In this document: positions 52,202-64,000 of the stretch, one piece after another
How the letters are laid out: every line of letters begins with the position of its first letter
Numbering within the stretch: the stretch's first letter is position 1
Source of the DNA: Octopus sinensis
Taxonomy: Eukaryota
Direction: 5' to 3'
Assembly: GCF_006345805.1 (NCBI RefSeq)
Contig: NC_043000.1
Span: forward strand, 132,928,001-132,992,000
DNA length: 64,000 nucleotides
The notes under the pieces: model-generated
The model's input: only the letters and a program-made list of their open reading frames with translations
Told to the model about the DNA's origin: nothing
Databases searched by the model: none
Program-made: the position numbers and the translations under genes

Positions 52202-54855
52202 TTACTAATAATATCTGGTGGTTGATGCAACATTTTCAGACTTACAAGTAATTTTTTTTATGGTAGCTTAGGCATTAAGGGTTAACAGTCAAACCAAATA
52301 TCTAAAGTTATTTTATCTTTACAAACAATTATATAAATACTGGTGCGTATATATCCCTTCTAAGTTATTTTTAAAGAAATAACTTTACCGCAATTACTAG
52401 CGGAGAACAAGCTGAACTAGCTTCCCTACCTACCCTTCCCCAACTGACTGCTGCATTTCTTTAGACTCCATATATTTTGAGCTGGCCATTTTTCAATAAG
52501 CAACTCTTTGTTAATATATAATCTGCTTCTGTTAATATCTTTATTTTGGCTATTATTTATTGCTAAGCTACTACAGATTTAAAATTTATGTGAGTAGTAA
52601 ATATACATATCATCCCACCCAGCCTTAAGGTAAGTTATAAGAAAATGAAAGAAAATATTAAAACAGATCCATCTTCATCATTTTCATCACCACATTCATT
52701 CCCACCACCATCACCACCACCGTCATTATCATCACCGTTGGTGCTAATGATTTTTCCTGTCCATTCACAGATTTCATATAACTCCATAAAACTGCCTCTT
52801 GAGCGAACCCTGCCCTTAATCATTTTTCCTGTTAACTTCAGTTCTGTTAATTTAGCTTAAATTGCTTAATTTCCAGTCTTTTCAACAGAGTAAGCATTTA
52901 TTTGGAGCAGTCTAAAGAGATGGCATTAATAATTATTGGTAGAGAACTTAGAGGGAAATTTCTCTGTAAACAACAGTTGTATATACAGACAGTCATTAAT
53001 GCTAACAAATGCTAGCAGTTTCCGATTCCCATACAAACCTAACATAACTTATTGGTATTTATGTTGCAATGGCTTTACTCTTAACCATCTCATGAGTTTT
53101 TATTTCTTTTTATTTTCTTCTTTTTTTTTTTATCTAAATTTCATTTCGAGTGGGTTCAGAAAGGAAATAAAATCCATGACTTTTGAAAGGGTTTTCTCAT
53201 GAAATTATGTTAAAGAATACAAGAGAAAGGAAAGAAGAGTAGCAGCTTCAATATCCATAAAGATTTTATAGCCACATATACTTAATGCAAAATTATATGA
53301 ACGTTCTGAGGAGACAGAAAATGTAAGCCTACAAGAGCAAAAAATCACATGTAAATTTGCTTCCTAGAGCAATGACATATAATGGAATTCTGTTCAGTAA
53401 AAGCTGAGAATACAACAAATAAACCATTAATTCAGTTTTATTTCACCAATCCTGTTCATGAAACATGCAGACATCATTATAAAGATTCAGCTACAGGCTA
53501 GGAAATTAAAATGGATGTCTTGGATTGAGTAGACATATTTATTGCATCACATTAACTTCAAAAGACAAACCAAACTAAGCTGGATTAGTGCTTAAACTTT
53601 CACAAATCTGCATAGTTGACAGACTGGGATTAGATTGCAGTAACTGATTTTTCTTGTTAAATCTTAGAAAATTACTGATGCATTACACAGAGTACTCAGT
53701 TTTTGATGAAATCTTAGCACAGAATTAAAACAAGTCAGAGTGATCCCTCTTCTTCTGCCCACAAAGGTATCTTATATTAAACGTGATGTTTAAATCTGTC
53801 ACTTACTTATAGAGCCAACTAAAATTTATAGATATTCTCTGTAGTATAGGATAGCATTAAATCTTTTCAGTAATGTAGTAAATCTGTTGTAAACAATTAC
53901 CATCACTCTCCCCAGCTATTCTACCAAACTACCAACAACCTAAACCTCTCTTTTTATCCAGTCTGCTTGATTTATTGTTTGACTGTCTGTTCCGCAAGCT
54001 CATACACTATGGAAGGTAGGAAGTGTAATTTTTTTTTTATTAACATTTATTAAGCAAGATAAAAAGAAGTAAACAGATACTTATTTTTATTCTATTTTCA
54101 TTTTATTCTATTTTCTTGATATGCTGTTTCTCAGCATGTTACTTGGATAATAAGCTCTATTCAGTATATCATATGCTCAGTGAACTACATAATATATAGA
54201 AATAAAATGAAACCAACTGCACAAAAAAGTGAAATTCAATAGAAATACAAGTATTTTTAAGAATTTGAAATCAATTTATATGGAATGTAAAATGCAATAG
54301 AAATTCACTCACACATAGTAACAGAGCAGTATGTTTTCTTCTAGACATTGGTAGTTATATTGGTAGTTAGTAGTGCAAAACATGGTAAAGTACTGACCCT
54401 GTGTTCCTTTCCTTTTATGCATTTGTTTCTGTTATCAGTTGGACTGCAACCGTATTGGGGCACCACCTTGACCAGTGTAGTTGAACAAATCAACCCCAGC
54501 ATTCTTTTATTTTCAAGTCTGGTACTTGTTCTATTGGTCTCTATTGCTGAACGACTAAGTTACAGATGTAAACAAACCAACACTGGTTGTCAAGTAGTTG
54601 GGAACAAACACACACACATTCACATATATATGTGATGTCTGATGACCTTCCACACAATTTTCATCTACCAAATTCACTTCCAAGGAATTGATCAGTCCAG
54701 GGCCATAGTAGAAGACACTTGCCTCAAGTGTTGCACAGTCGGACTGAACCGAAAATTATGTGGTTGTGACGCAAACTTCTTAACCACCCAGCTATACCTG
54801 TGACTATCATGTACGAGGAGAAAACTTTCTTTTAATTTTTATTAACATTTTGGTT

Positions 54856-55243
54856 GGGGAAGCACTCCGTCGGTTACGACGACGAGGGTTCCGGTTGATC
54901 CGAATCAACGGAACAGCCTGCTCGTGAAATTAACGTGTAAGTGGCTGAGCACTCCACAGACACGTGTACCCTTAACGTAGTTCTCGGGGATATTCAGCGT
55001 GACACAGAGAGTGACAAGGCCGGCCCTTTGAAATACAGGTACAACAGAAACAGGAAGTAAGAGTGAGAGAAAGTTGTGGTGAAAGAGTACAGCAGGGATC
55101 ACCACCATCCCCTGCCAGAGCCTTGTGGAGCTTTAGGTGTTTTCACTCAATAAACACTCACAACGCCCGGTCTGGGAATCGAAACCGCGATCCTATGACC
55201 GCGAGTCCGCTGCCCTAACCACTGGGCCATTGCGCCTCCTCAT
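54856..55243 (-). mobile_element. SINE-A, young full copy
   Basis: Perfect 19-bp TSD TTTTATTAACATTTTGGTT at 54837-54855 and 55244-55262; CpGs retained. Confidence 0.92.
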
Positions 55244-56349
55244 TTTTATTAACATTTTGGTTAATGTTAAATATATTCTATGGTTATCATCATCATCGTT
55301 TAACATCTGCTTTCCATGCTAGCATGGGTTGGATGATTTGACTGAGGACTAGCAAACCAGATGGCTGCACCAGACTCCAATCTGATCTGGCAGAGTTTCT
55401 ACAGCTGGATGCCCTTCCTAACTCCAACTACTCCGAGAATGTAGTGGGTGCTTTTACATACCACTGGCATGAGGGCCAGTCAGGCGGTACTGACAACGGC
55501 CACGCTCAAGAGGAGTGCATACACATAACATCAGCATATTCTTTCTCCTTATCAAAATCTAATCAAACCATTTTGAAGGTACATGCCAAGTAGTTAGGGC
55601 ATTGGAGGGTAGAGTGGTAGGTTTGCCATCATTATAAGGTCATGGGTTCAATTCCTGCTCTGAGCAGGAATTGAACCCATTGTCTTTTCGCACAAGAGAA
55701 CTTCATTTCACATTATTCCAGTCTACTCAGCTGAGATAAGTATACTAGCTCAATGCTGATGATGCAGTGTTCTCCCTCATTACTGATATTCCACAGGAAC
55801 AAGAGTAAGAGGAACAAGAAGGAATCTACACCTACTTGTGACTAGACAAACACTTAAAACAATTAGCAGAAGCATGATCCATATCACCAAGTCATTAAAA
55901 CTGTTTATTTTGATAAACCTCATAAAATATCACGAACAAAATGTTGAACTCATCTTGGTGGTCTCCATTCTGTTATCTAGTATAATCCAGCTAAAGTCAT
56001 GCTTAAATCTAATTATATCTGTTGGTTGTAAACCTCCATGAAGTAAAGAATTTTTTTTTAAAATTCAGGTGGTACTATTAAGTTAGAAATAGCCCAGCCC
56101 ACTTTTCAGCTGAAACATCTCTAAGTTTATCGAATTTTATACAATAACCATTGAATCATAAAACAATATTAAACAAATGCTGGAGTGAAGTTAACAGTAG
56201 AATATAAAATATGAACCTTGGGATAACTTCAATCCCTATATGGAAGCTTAAATTGTATACTAGTTGTTTCAAAATTTTTATAAGGTTCACATAAATCATT
56301 TAAAATTTCAAAGACTGTTTTGAATATATAAACACATACGCACACACCT

Positions 56350-56756
56350 TTTATCTTTTAGCAGTTTCAGTCATTGGACTGTGGCCATGATGGAGCACTG
56401 CCTCAAAGGGTTTTAGTCAAACAAATCAAACCCAATACTTATTTTTATCAGTCTGGTACTTATCCTATAGGTCCGTCCCTTTTTCCAAAACTACTAAGTT
56501 ATGGGGATATAAACAAAGTGACACCAGTTGTCAGGTAGTGGGGCAGGAGAAGCACAAACACACACACACAATGGTTTCTTTTAGTTTTCATTTACCAGAA
56601 GTGGCTGTGTGGTAAGTAGCTTGCTTACCAACCACATGGTCTCGGGTTCAGTCCCACTGCATGGCACCTTGGGCAAGTGTCTTCTGCTATAGCCTTGGGC
56701 TGACCAAAGCCTTGAGAGTGGATTTGGTAGATGGAAAGTGAAAGAAGCCTGCTGTA

Positions 56757-56838
<82 letters not shown>

Positions 56839-57545
56839 ATATATATATATAAATGTTTGTGTGTCTGTGTTTGTCCCCGCAACATTGCTTGACAACTGAT
56901 CCTGGTGTGCTTATCTCCCCGTAACTTAGTGGTTTGGCAAAAGAGGCTGATAGAATAAGTACTAGGCTTACAAAGAATAAGTCCTGGGGTCAATATGTTC
57001 GACTAAAAGCGGTGCTCCAGCATGGCCGTAGTCAAATGACTGAAACAAATAAAAGTAAAAGAAAATCCATTCACAAGGTTTTGTCAGCCTGGGGTTATAG
57101 TAGAAGACATTTGCCCAAGGTGCCACGCAGTAATACTGAACCCAAAAACATGTGGTTGGGTACTCTTTTACTTGTTTCAGTCATTTGACTGTGGCCATGC
57201 TGGAGCACCACCTTTAGTCAAGCAAATTGACTCTAGGACTTATTCTTTGTAAGCCTAGTATTTATTTTAGCGGTCTCTTTTGCCGAACCGCTAAGTTACG
57301 GGGACAAAAATACACCAGCATCGGTTGTCGAGCAATGTTGGGGAGACAAACACAGACACACAAACACACACATACATATATATATATACATATATATATT
57401 CTTTCAGTTTCCGTCAACCAAATCTACTCATAAGGCTTTGGTCAGCCTGAGGCTATAGTAGAAGACACTTGCCCAGTGGGAATGAACCCAGAACCATGTG
57501 GTTGGTAAGCAAGCTACTTACCACACAGCCACTCCTGCACCTACC
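56350..57545. mobile_element. cluster of SINE-C copies (plus 56595-57050; minus 56350-56570 and 57065-57545)
   Basis: C head, body and tail motifs in both orientations. Confidence 0.85.
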
Positions 57546-58873
57546 ATATAGCCACGCTTGTGCCAATATATGACAAAAGGTAAAACAGACCATTCTGTTT
57601 TGTCATTTGGTGAGTTGATTGGTTCAGTCAATAATTGTACACTTGGACAATTATCAAAACAATTTGCTTGAAACACTTACAAGTAATTCCAATAGTTCTA
57701 TATCAAGACACCAATCACTACATTTTGTTTAGTTTTTCATATATGCCCCCCCCCCCCACTTTGATAAAAAAATGTCCCTGGCATTATTCCCACTTACAAA
57801 ATACAAAACAAAATAATGATATTTTGTTTTGTAGGGTTTCGTATAGAACATAAAATGACAATTCTTGACTTACTTTTGTCCTGAAATTAATAGATAATAT
57901 ATATATATATTGGACATGCCATAAAACTTTTCTTGACAGTTTATTGCAATTCTATAGGTTTTAATACATTGGTAATGCTGAAATTATCGAAGTGTTATTA
58001 GCAAAATTTGGAATTTGAAAGAGTTTTTCTTTTAGTTGTTTTTGTAAGAAAACACTGTCACAAAATGACAATAAAGCAAAACCACTTTGTGAAAACAATA
58101 TTAAATATTTATAACAAGAGTCATTTGATTATTGTTTTTCATAAATTCAGTTGTATCAGACATTTCAGTATATCTGAATATAAACACAATAAACTGAATT
58201 GAATTGAAGCTTTTATTGCTTTGGATTTTTACATTTTCTGTGTTTTTCAAAAAAATGTTAGGGTTATTTTATCACGGAGCTCTCAGCAAAGATGTATTAT
58301 AAAATATAATTTTATTTTTCTAAAATTTAAAAGTTTTCAAAACTTTTAAACTTTGTATATAGTAATAAAAGGTGTTGGCAAATAAAAGTTGAAATTTAAA
58401 AGGAAATTTGTTTCAGTATGGATATAGCACACAAGCTAGAACCAGTAAAAAGATAAGGCAAAATAAAACCTATAAATGATTAACTCTGTGATAGACCAGT
58501 GGCCTGTTCAGTGAGGAATGTGGTGACTCAATCACTTAAATGCTATGGAAACTGGATTTTCTATAGCTGGATGCCCTTCCTGTCACCAAACCATACTTGT
58601 TTCCAAGTAAGATGATATTTCTCCATAAACAAACATGTTTTCACAGAAAATTAGAAACAACGTATACAGCTTGCATGATAGTAGGTAGTTCTCCAATATC
58701 CTTACCATTCAGTTATTTAATGTAAGTGAATGCACCCCATAAAGCCAGGTAACTGAAAGTATGCACACATATACCCTGATAGAAGAAGGCAGGAACAATA
58801 TACCTTGATATACCTTAATACTGAAACAAATAGAATGTTTCTAAGTAACTTTTCCCACTGACTGACAAGAAGT

Positions 58874-59172
58874 TTGTTCCTTCTCGAGCCATGCCCGGCT
58901 CATAGGGCCAGTTTCTCGGTTTCTTTAGTGTATAGGTTTCCCACCTGGACAGGACACCGGTCTGTTGCAGGTGAGCTGCAAGATGCAGGAGGAAAGAGTG
59001 AGAGAAAGTTGTGGCAAAAGAGTCAGCAGAAGTTCACCATTACCTTCTGCCAGAGCCGCGTGGAACTTAGGTATTTCGCTCATAAACACACACATCGCCT
59101 GGTCTGAGATTCGAACCTGCGATCCCTTGACTGCGAGTCCGCTGCTCTAACCACTAGGCCATGTGCCTCCAC
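58874..59172 (-). mobile_element. SINE with an A-type head and an alternative tail
   Basis: TSD ACTGACAAGAAGT at 58861-58873 and 59173-59185. Confidence 0.88.
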
Positions 59173-59344
59173 ACTGACAAGAAGTGACTTCTCATCATAC
59201 TCTTATTGATATTAGTTAATGGTATCTCACCATAGAATGTTGGCTCTATTTACCTCTGTTCTGGATCATATCAAGTTACCATACAGTCGTACAATTGTTT
59301 GCCGAAAGGCATTTCAAACACACATATTTTAGTATTTAACCTTT

Positions 59345-59845
59345 GCAAGAATAAAATGAAAGGAAAAAGAAACAGCTGTTAAATAAAGCTAGAAGAAACC
59401 TTAGAAAGTTTAATCTCACAGATGAAGTAACAGAAAGAAAACCAGACTCCTCCCACTCATGCCAACAGATAGATAATGAATCTACATTAATGACGATGAT
59501 CAGAGGGAAAACGATGATGTTTAGGAAAGGAAATTGAAAAGGAGGTGAAAGGGAAAGGAGTAGTGACTGAAATGTCATTACCTTCTTGTAGTTTAGCTGA
59601 CTGATACTAGATAACAAATGATGGTAACGCTCCTCTGTCTGAAGATAACGGCTAATTTCTTGCTTGTAGTTTACGCTTACCACCAACAAATGAGAATGCT
59701 ACTGCCAAGAAGGATTATATCACAAGCAATCTTGAACCCACCACATACAAACGTGATATTTCCAATATGGGCATCAACCAACATCTTTGCATCTTCAAGC
59801 ACATTCCAACTGAAGGACTTCAGAAGAATTTATATAACAAAATCA
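59345..59845 (+). pseudogene. decayed coding-like segment of unknown origin
   Basis: Long near-open frames (..KQLLNKARRNLRKFNLTDEVTERK..; ..LRLPPTNENATAKKDYITSNLEPTTYKRDISNMG..) broken by a few stops and a frameshift. Confidence 0.25.
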
Positions 59846-59879
59846 TCATTATCATCGTCGTTGTCGTCATCATTATCAT

Positions 59880-61250
59880 CATCATCATTTTAATGTCCAA
59901 TTTTCCATGCTTGCACAAGTTGGATGAAATTTATTGATGCAGATTTTCTATAGTCAGATGCACTTCTTGTTGCCAAACCTTACCTGTTTCCAAACAAGGT
60001 GATATTTCCCTATAGCTAGACATGCTTTGACAGAATATTGGAAATAAATGACATTCACTAGTACCAACATCATGAAAAAAGCACCTAGTACACATGGCAT
60101 TGGGGAAGGGCATCCAGCCATAGAAACCATGCCAAACTTGATGCAGTTCCTCAGCTCATTGGACCCTGTCAAACCATCCAACCCATGCCAATATGGAAAA
60201 TGGATCTTAAATGATGATGATGGTTATGTTGTATATGTGTGTGTGTGTGTGCATGTTACACACACACACACAATGAGCTTCTTTCGGTTTCTGTCTACCA
60301 AATCCACTCACAAGGCTATACTAGTAGATGCCTGCCCAAGATGCCAGTTCCAAGTGGGACTGAACCCAAAACTATGTGGTTGGAAAGCAAACTTCTTACC
60401 CACAAAGCCATACCTGAGCTTATAAATATTACATGAAATTTGATGTTCTGCACAACTGCTTCTACCAACTCTCTAACTGATAATAATCTCTTGTGAATAG
60501 GTAAAAAGCTAAATTCTTGTACAAAAAAAAAAATATACATGATTTAAATGACTCAGATTATGCCGCCTTACTGGCACCTGTGCCAGTGACATGTGTAAAA
60601 AGATTCGAGCAAAGTCGTTGCCAGTACCGCCTGACTGGCCCCTGTGCCAGTGGCACATAAAAGCACCCACTACACTCTCAGAGTGGTTGGCATTAGGAAG
60701 GGCATCCAACTGTAGAAACTCTGCCAGATCAGATTGGAGCCTGGTGCAGCCATCTGGTTCGCCAACCCTCAGTCAAATCATCCAACCCATGCTAGCATGG
60801 AAAGCAGACGTTAAACGACGACAACGATGATGATGATGATGATAACTAGCACTTTACTCTTTTATTTGTTTCAGTCATTTGACTGCGGCCATGCTGGAGC
60901 ACCGCTTTTAGTCGAGCAAATCGACCCCGGGACTTATTCTTTGTAAGCCCAGTACTTATTCTATCGGTCTCTTTTGCCGAACCGCTAAGTGACGGGGACG
61001 TAAACACACCAGCATTGGTTGTCAAGCAATGCTAGGGGGACAAACACAGACACACAAACACACACATACATATATATATATACATATATACGACGGGCTT
61101 CTTTCAGTTTCCGTCTACCAAATCCACTCACAAGGCATTGGTCGGCCCGGGGCTATAGCAGAAGACACTTGCCCAAGATTCCACGCAGTGGGATTGAACT
61201 CGGAACCATGTGGTTGGTTAGCAAGCTACTTACCACACAGCCACTCGGAC
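59880..61250. mobile_element. cluster of SINE-D (60556-60845 plus, others) and SINE-C (60852-61246 minus)
   Basis: Family motifs as above. Confidence 0.85.
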
Positions 61251-61405
61251 ACTTTGAGCAGTATTTATTTTATCAATACAAGAAAAGATGAGAGGGAAAG
61301 TTGATTCTGGTAGGATTTGAACTCAGAATACAGGGGGCGGGGGGTGGGGTAAAAATTGATAGTATGCACTCAATGATTTGAACCAACTCTGTTTTTCTTT
61401 CACAG

Positions 61406-61581
61406 ATTAATGATAAAGACAATTTCTTGTTCCTTGTACAATAACTGCAATTCAATTTACATATTAATTCAAAGAACAAAAAATGATAAAGAGATATTGA
61501 TAATGTCAGGAAGTCTCTTTGGGATACTCAGTCACATTAATGAACAACAAACAACAACTGTAGAGCATTTCTGGCTTAAAT
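61406..61581 (+). other. candidate coding exon, unidentified
   Basis: Strong acceptor ctctgtttttctttcacag|, one open frame of about 58 codons, weak donor AT|gtattc. Confidence 0.2.
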
Positions 61582-62264
61582 GTATTCTCAATTATATATA
61601 TATATTTTTTCCAGCATAAATGATTATAAATATGATGATTATTTATAGTCGTGATTATGATCAACTTCTTGTATAATCATTCTCATATTTATAATCCATC
61701 TTCATTCCCATTATAATCTTTATAATCATAATGATCTTCATTAACATCCTTATCGTCCTTACTGTTACCATCACTACCCACCACCACCACCGCTGTTACC
61801 GTTGCCGCCACCGCGGCCGCCATTGTTGTTATTATTACATGCATGTATTTCCAAGCCACCACCCACTCATGATGGGGGGACACATTTAGAAATGTCTGTT
61901 GCTTTCCCACCAGGTCAACAACTGAAAATTAATTCTTTAGTAATGCAATTAGTAACCTTTGCTGAAACTCTTTAATTTGTTTTCATTGTTTCTATGGTGA
62001 AATATTCCTATTATCTTTAGTTCTTTTCTTTCGTTTTTCTTCCAAACTGTTTTACATATATTACTAATTATAGCAAAAAGTGGGGGAGCTTTTGTAGTAA
62101 TATATATTAGCATATTATTGAAACAACTTATTAATAAATAAATTAATGGATAATATTCATTTAATTATTACAGCTGGATGCCCTTTTCTACAACCAACTA
62201 ATTACTCCATGGAAACTAAAGCAAGCATAGTTATGAGCATTGTTTTTTCCAAAAGTACAATATG

Positions 62265-63041
62265 ATATATATAAAGCTGAAGTTGTCTGTGTGTGGCAGG
62301 TTTGGTAGCCTTCAACTAACACTATCTCCTCCGAGACCCTGTGGCACAAGTTGACCAAAATTGAGAGTATGATAGAAGAAGGCTTGTTCTTCATTCCGTA
62401 GAAGATAAAATTCAAATCGGACCATATGAAGACCAAAAATGATTTACATCAAAAAGGTGCTTTTTTTTCTATGAAAATCCCTATTTTTTACGATTTTTTG
62501 ACTGCTGTGCCACCATTTTTCGGTGTATTTCAACCAGAAAAATGTTCACTTAAAGAGAATAACAAGCTACATAATGCAAAATTTTTACTTTTCAAAAATT
62601 CCAATTCCAAAGGGTCGAAACAAACCCGAGCAACGCCAGGCGATACTGCTAGTATATATATAAAGCCTAAGTTGTCTATGTGTGGCAGGTTTTGTAGCCT
62701 TCAACTAACACTATCTCCTCCGAGACCCTGTGGCACAAGTTGACCAAAATTGAGAGTATGATAGAAGAAGGCTTGCTCTTCATTCCGTAGAAGATAAAAT
62801 TCAAATCGGACCATATGAAGACCAAAAATGATTTACATCAAAAAGGTGCTTTTTTTTCTATGAAAATCCCTATTTTTTACGATTTTTTGACTGCTGTGCC
62901 ACCATTTTTCGGTGTATTTCAACCAGAAAAATGTTCACTTAAAGAGAATAACAAGCTACATAATGCAAAATTTTTACTTTTCAAAAATTCCAATTCTAAA
63001 GGGTCAAAACAAACCTGAGCAACGCCGGGTGATACTGCTAG
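62265..63041 (+). mobile_element. head-to-tail dimer of a 389-bp Helitron-like non-autonomous element
   Basis: Each unit starts tatatataaagc and ends with hairpin ccc(g)agcaacgcc(a/g)gg followed by CTAG (62649-62652 and 63038-63041), then T. Confidence 0.85.
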
Positions 63042-63417
63042 TATGATATAAACTGTTATTTTCACAGAAATATTAAATATAGTTTAAGCATATTTAACAA
63101 GCACATCTCATCCTTTATCACTGATTCAATCATTCCTGATCCATGATAACACTGTACACTAATTGTGAACGATGTTATGCTTATAACAAATTGATCTGTG
63201 ATAACAGGGATCGGCAATCAGCAAAAGATTCTGCTTGGACTGGAAAAGCATGCCCCAGTGACTATCAACAATGCTCAGGACAACTTGGGGTCTCAAAACA
63301 AAATCTGCTTTCCTCATATGTTCTCATGTTCATTTATCACCGATTCATTTAACACAGAGCCTTTTTGGAACCAAATACCCAATGATAAATGAGGATATAT
63401 ATATATATATTAATATG

Positions 63418-63725
63418 TGGAGGTGCAATGGCCCAGTGGTTAGGGCAGCAGACTCGCAGTTGTAAGATCGCGGTTTCGATTCCCAGACCGGGCGTTGTGA
63501 GTGTTTATAGAGCGAAAACACCTAAAGTCCCACAAGGCTCCGTCAGGGGGTGGCGGCAATCCCTACTGTACTCTTTTGCCACAACTTTCTCTCACTCTTT
63601 CTTCTGTTGGCCTGCTCGCTTAGTCAGCAGGGTGGCGTCATTTGAAGGCTAAAACAATGCGAAGCGCCTTGTGACCAGTGATGTGTAGCAACATCTGATA
63701 GCCAGGTTGGTCACGGTGATCACGA
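63418..63725 (+). mobile_element. SINE with an A-type head and a third tail type
   Basis: Head and body as in 705. The tail ends in cacggtgat repeats. Confidence 0.85.
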
Positions 63726-64000
63726 TCACGGTGATATACATTAATATAATATAACCATGGTAAAATATTCTTGTATATTTGTCACTAGTAATTATTTCTT
63801 TTCAGTTTATCATTTATTAGAGAGGAAATGAAATGTTCATTGGATTAATTATTAGCATCGTTACAGTTTAGAGCAAAAAATGAGGTTACATGGTAGATAG
63901 CAGACACTAATAAGAAATGAAAGTTAAATCATGAAATTGTTAGAGATTTTTTGTAAAGCCAACACAGAAAACAGATATAATGGGAGAAGTTTTTAAGTTT

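Noticed and set aside
52771-52889. Exon-like segment with a strong plus-strand acceptor and gtaagc donor
   Set aside because: Stops in all three frames. It could be non-coding, but nothing else supports it.
63143-63392. Two overlapping ORFs, one Cys-rich
   Set aside because: Short, with no signal peptide, recognisable cysteine pattern or convincing splice sites.

Overview
AT-rich, microsatellite-dense eukaryotic DNA. From the SINE repertoire I infer a coleoid cephalopod, most likely Octopus; no database was consulted. About half the window is mobile-element debris. It holds dozens of copies of five SINE-like families (my working labels A-E), a degenerate 3.6 kb CR1/L2-group LINE, several RTE-group fragments, a Tc1/mariner transposase fragment, piggyBac-like, Tigger-like and Helitron-like non-autonomous elements, a 1.2 kb foldback palindrome and short Penelope-like (PLE) terminal fragments. 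I could not identify any host protein-coding gene, rRNA, true tRNA or CRISPR array. Nearly all ORFs in the supplied track come from microsatellites or repeats. A CpG-retaining island at about 7.4-8.1 kb, with outward-facing splice donors, looks like a possibly bidirectional promoter, and the rest looks like CpG-depleted intron. The best leads are a near-intact minimal hammerhead ribozyme motif (12646-12680), a long-hairpin element with an A tail and 12-bp TSD (32360-32693), the foldback element just downstream of a splice donor, a repeated hairpin/pseudoknot module in SINE-D, and an RTE insertion with a 5' inversion. Repeat boundaries were read by eye and are approximate (about 10-20 nt) unless a TSD is quoted.
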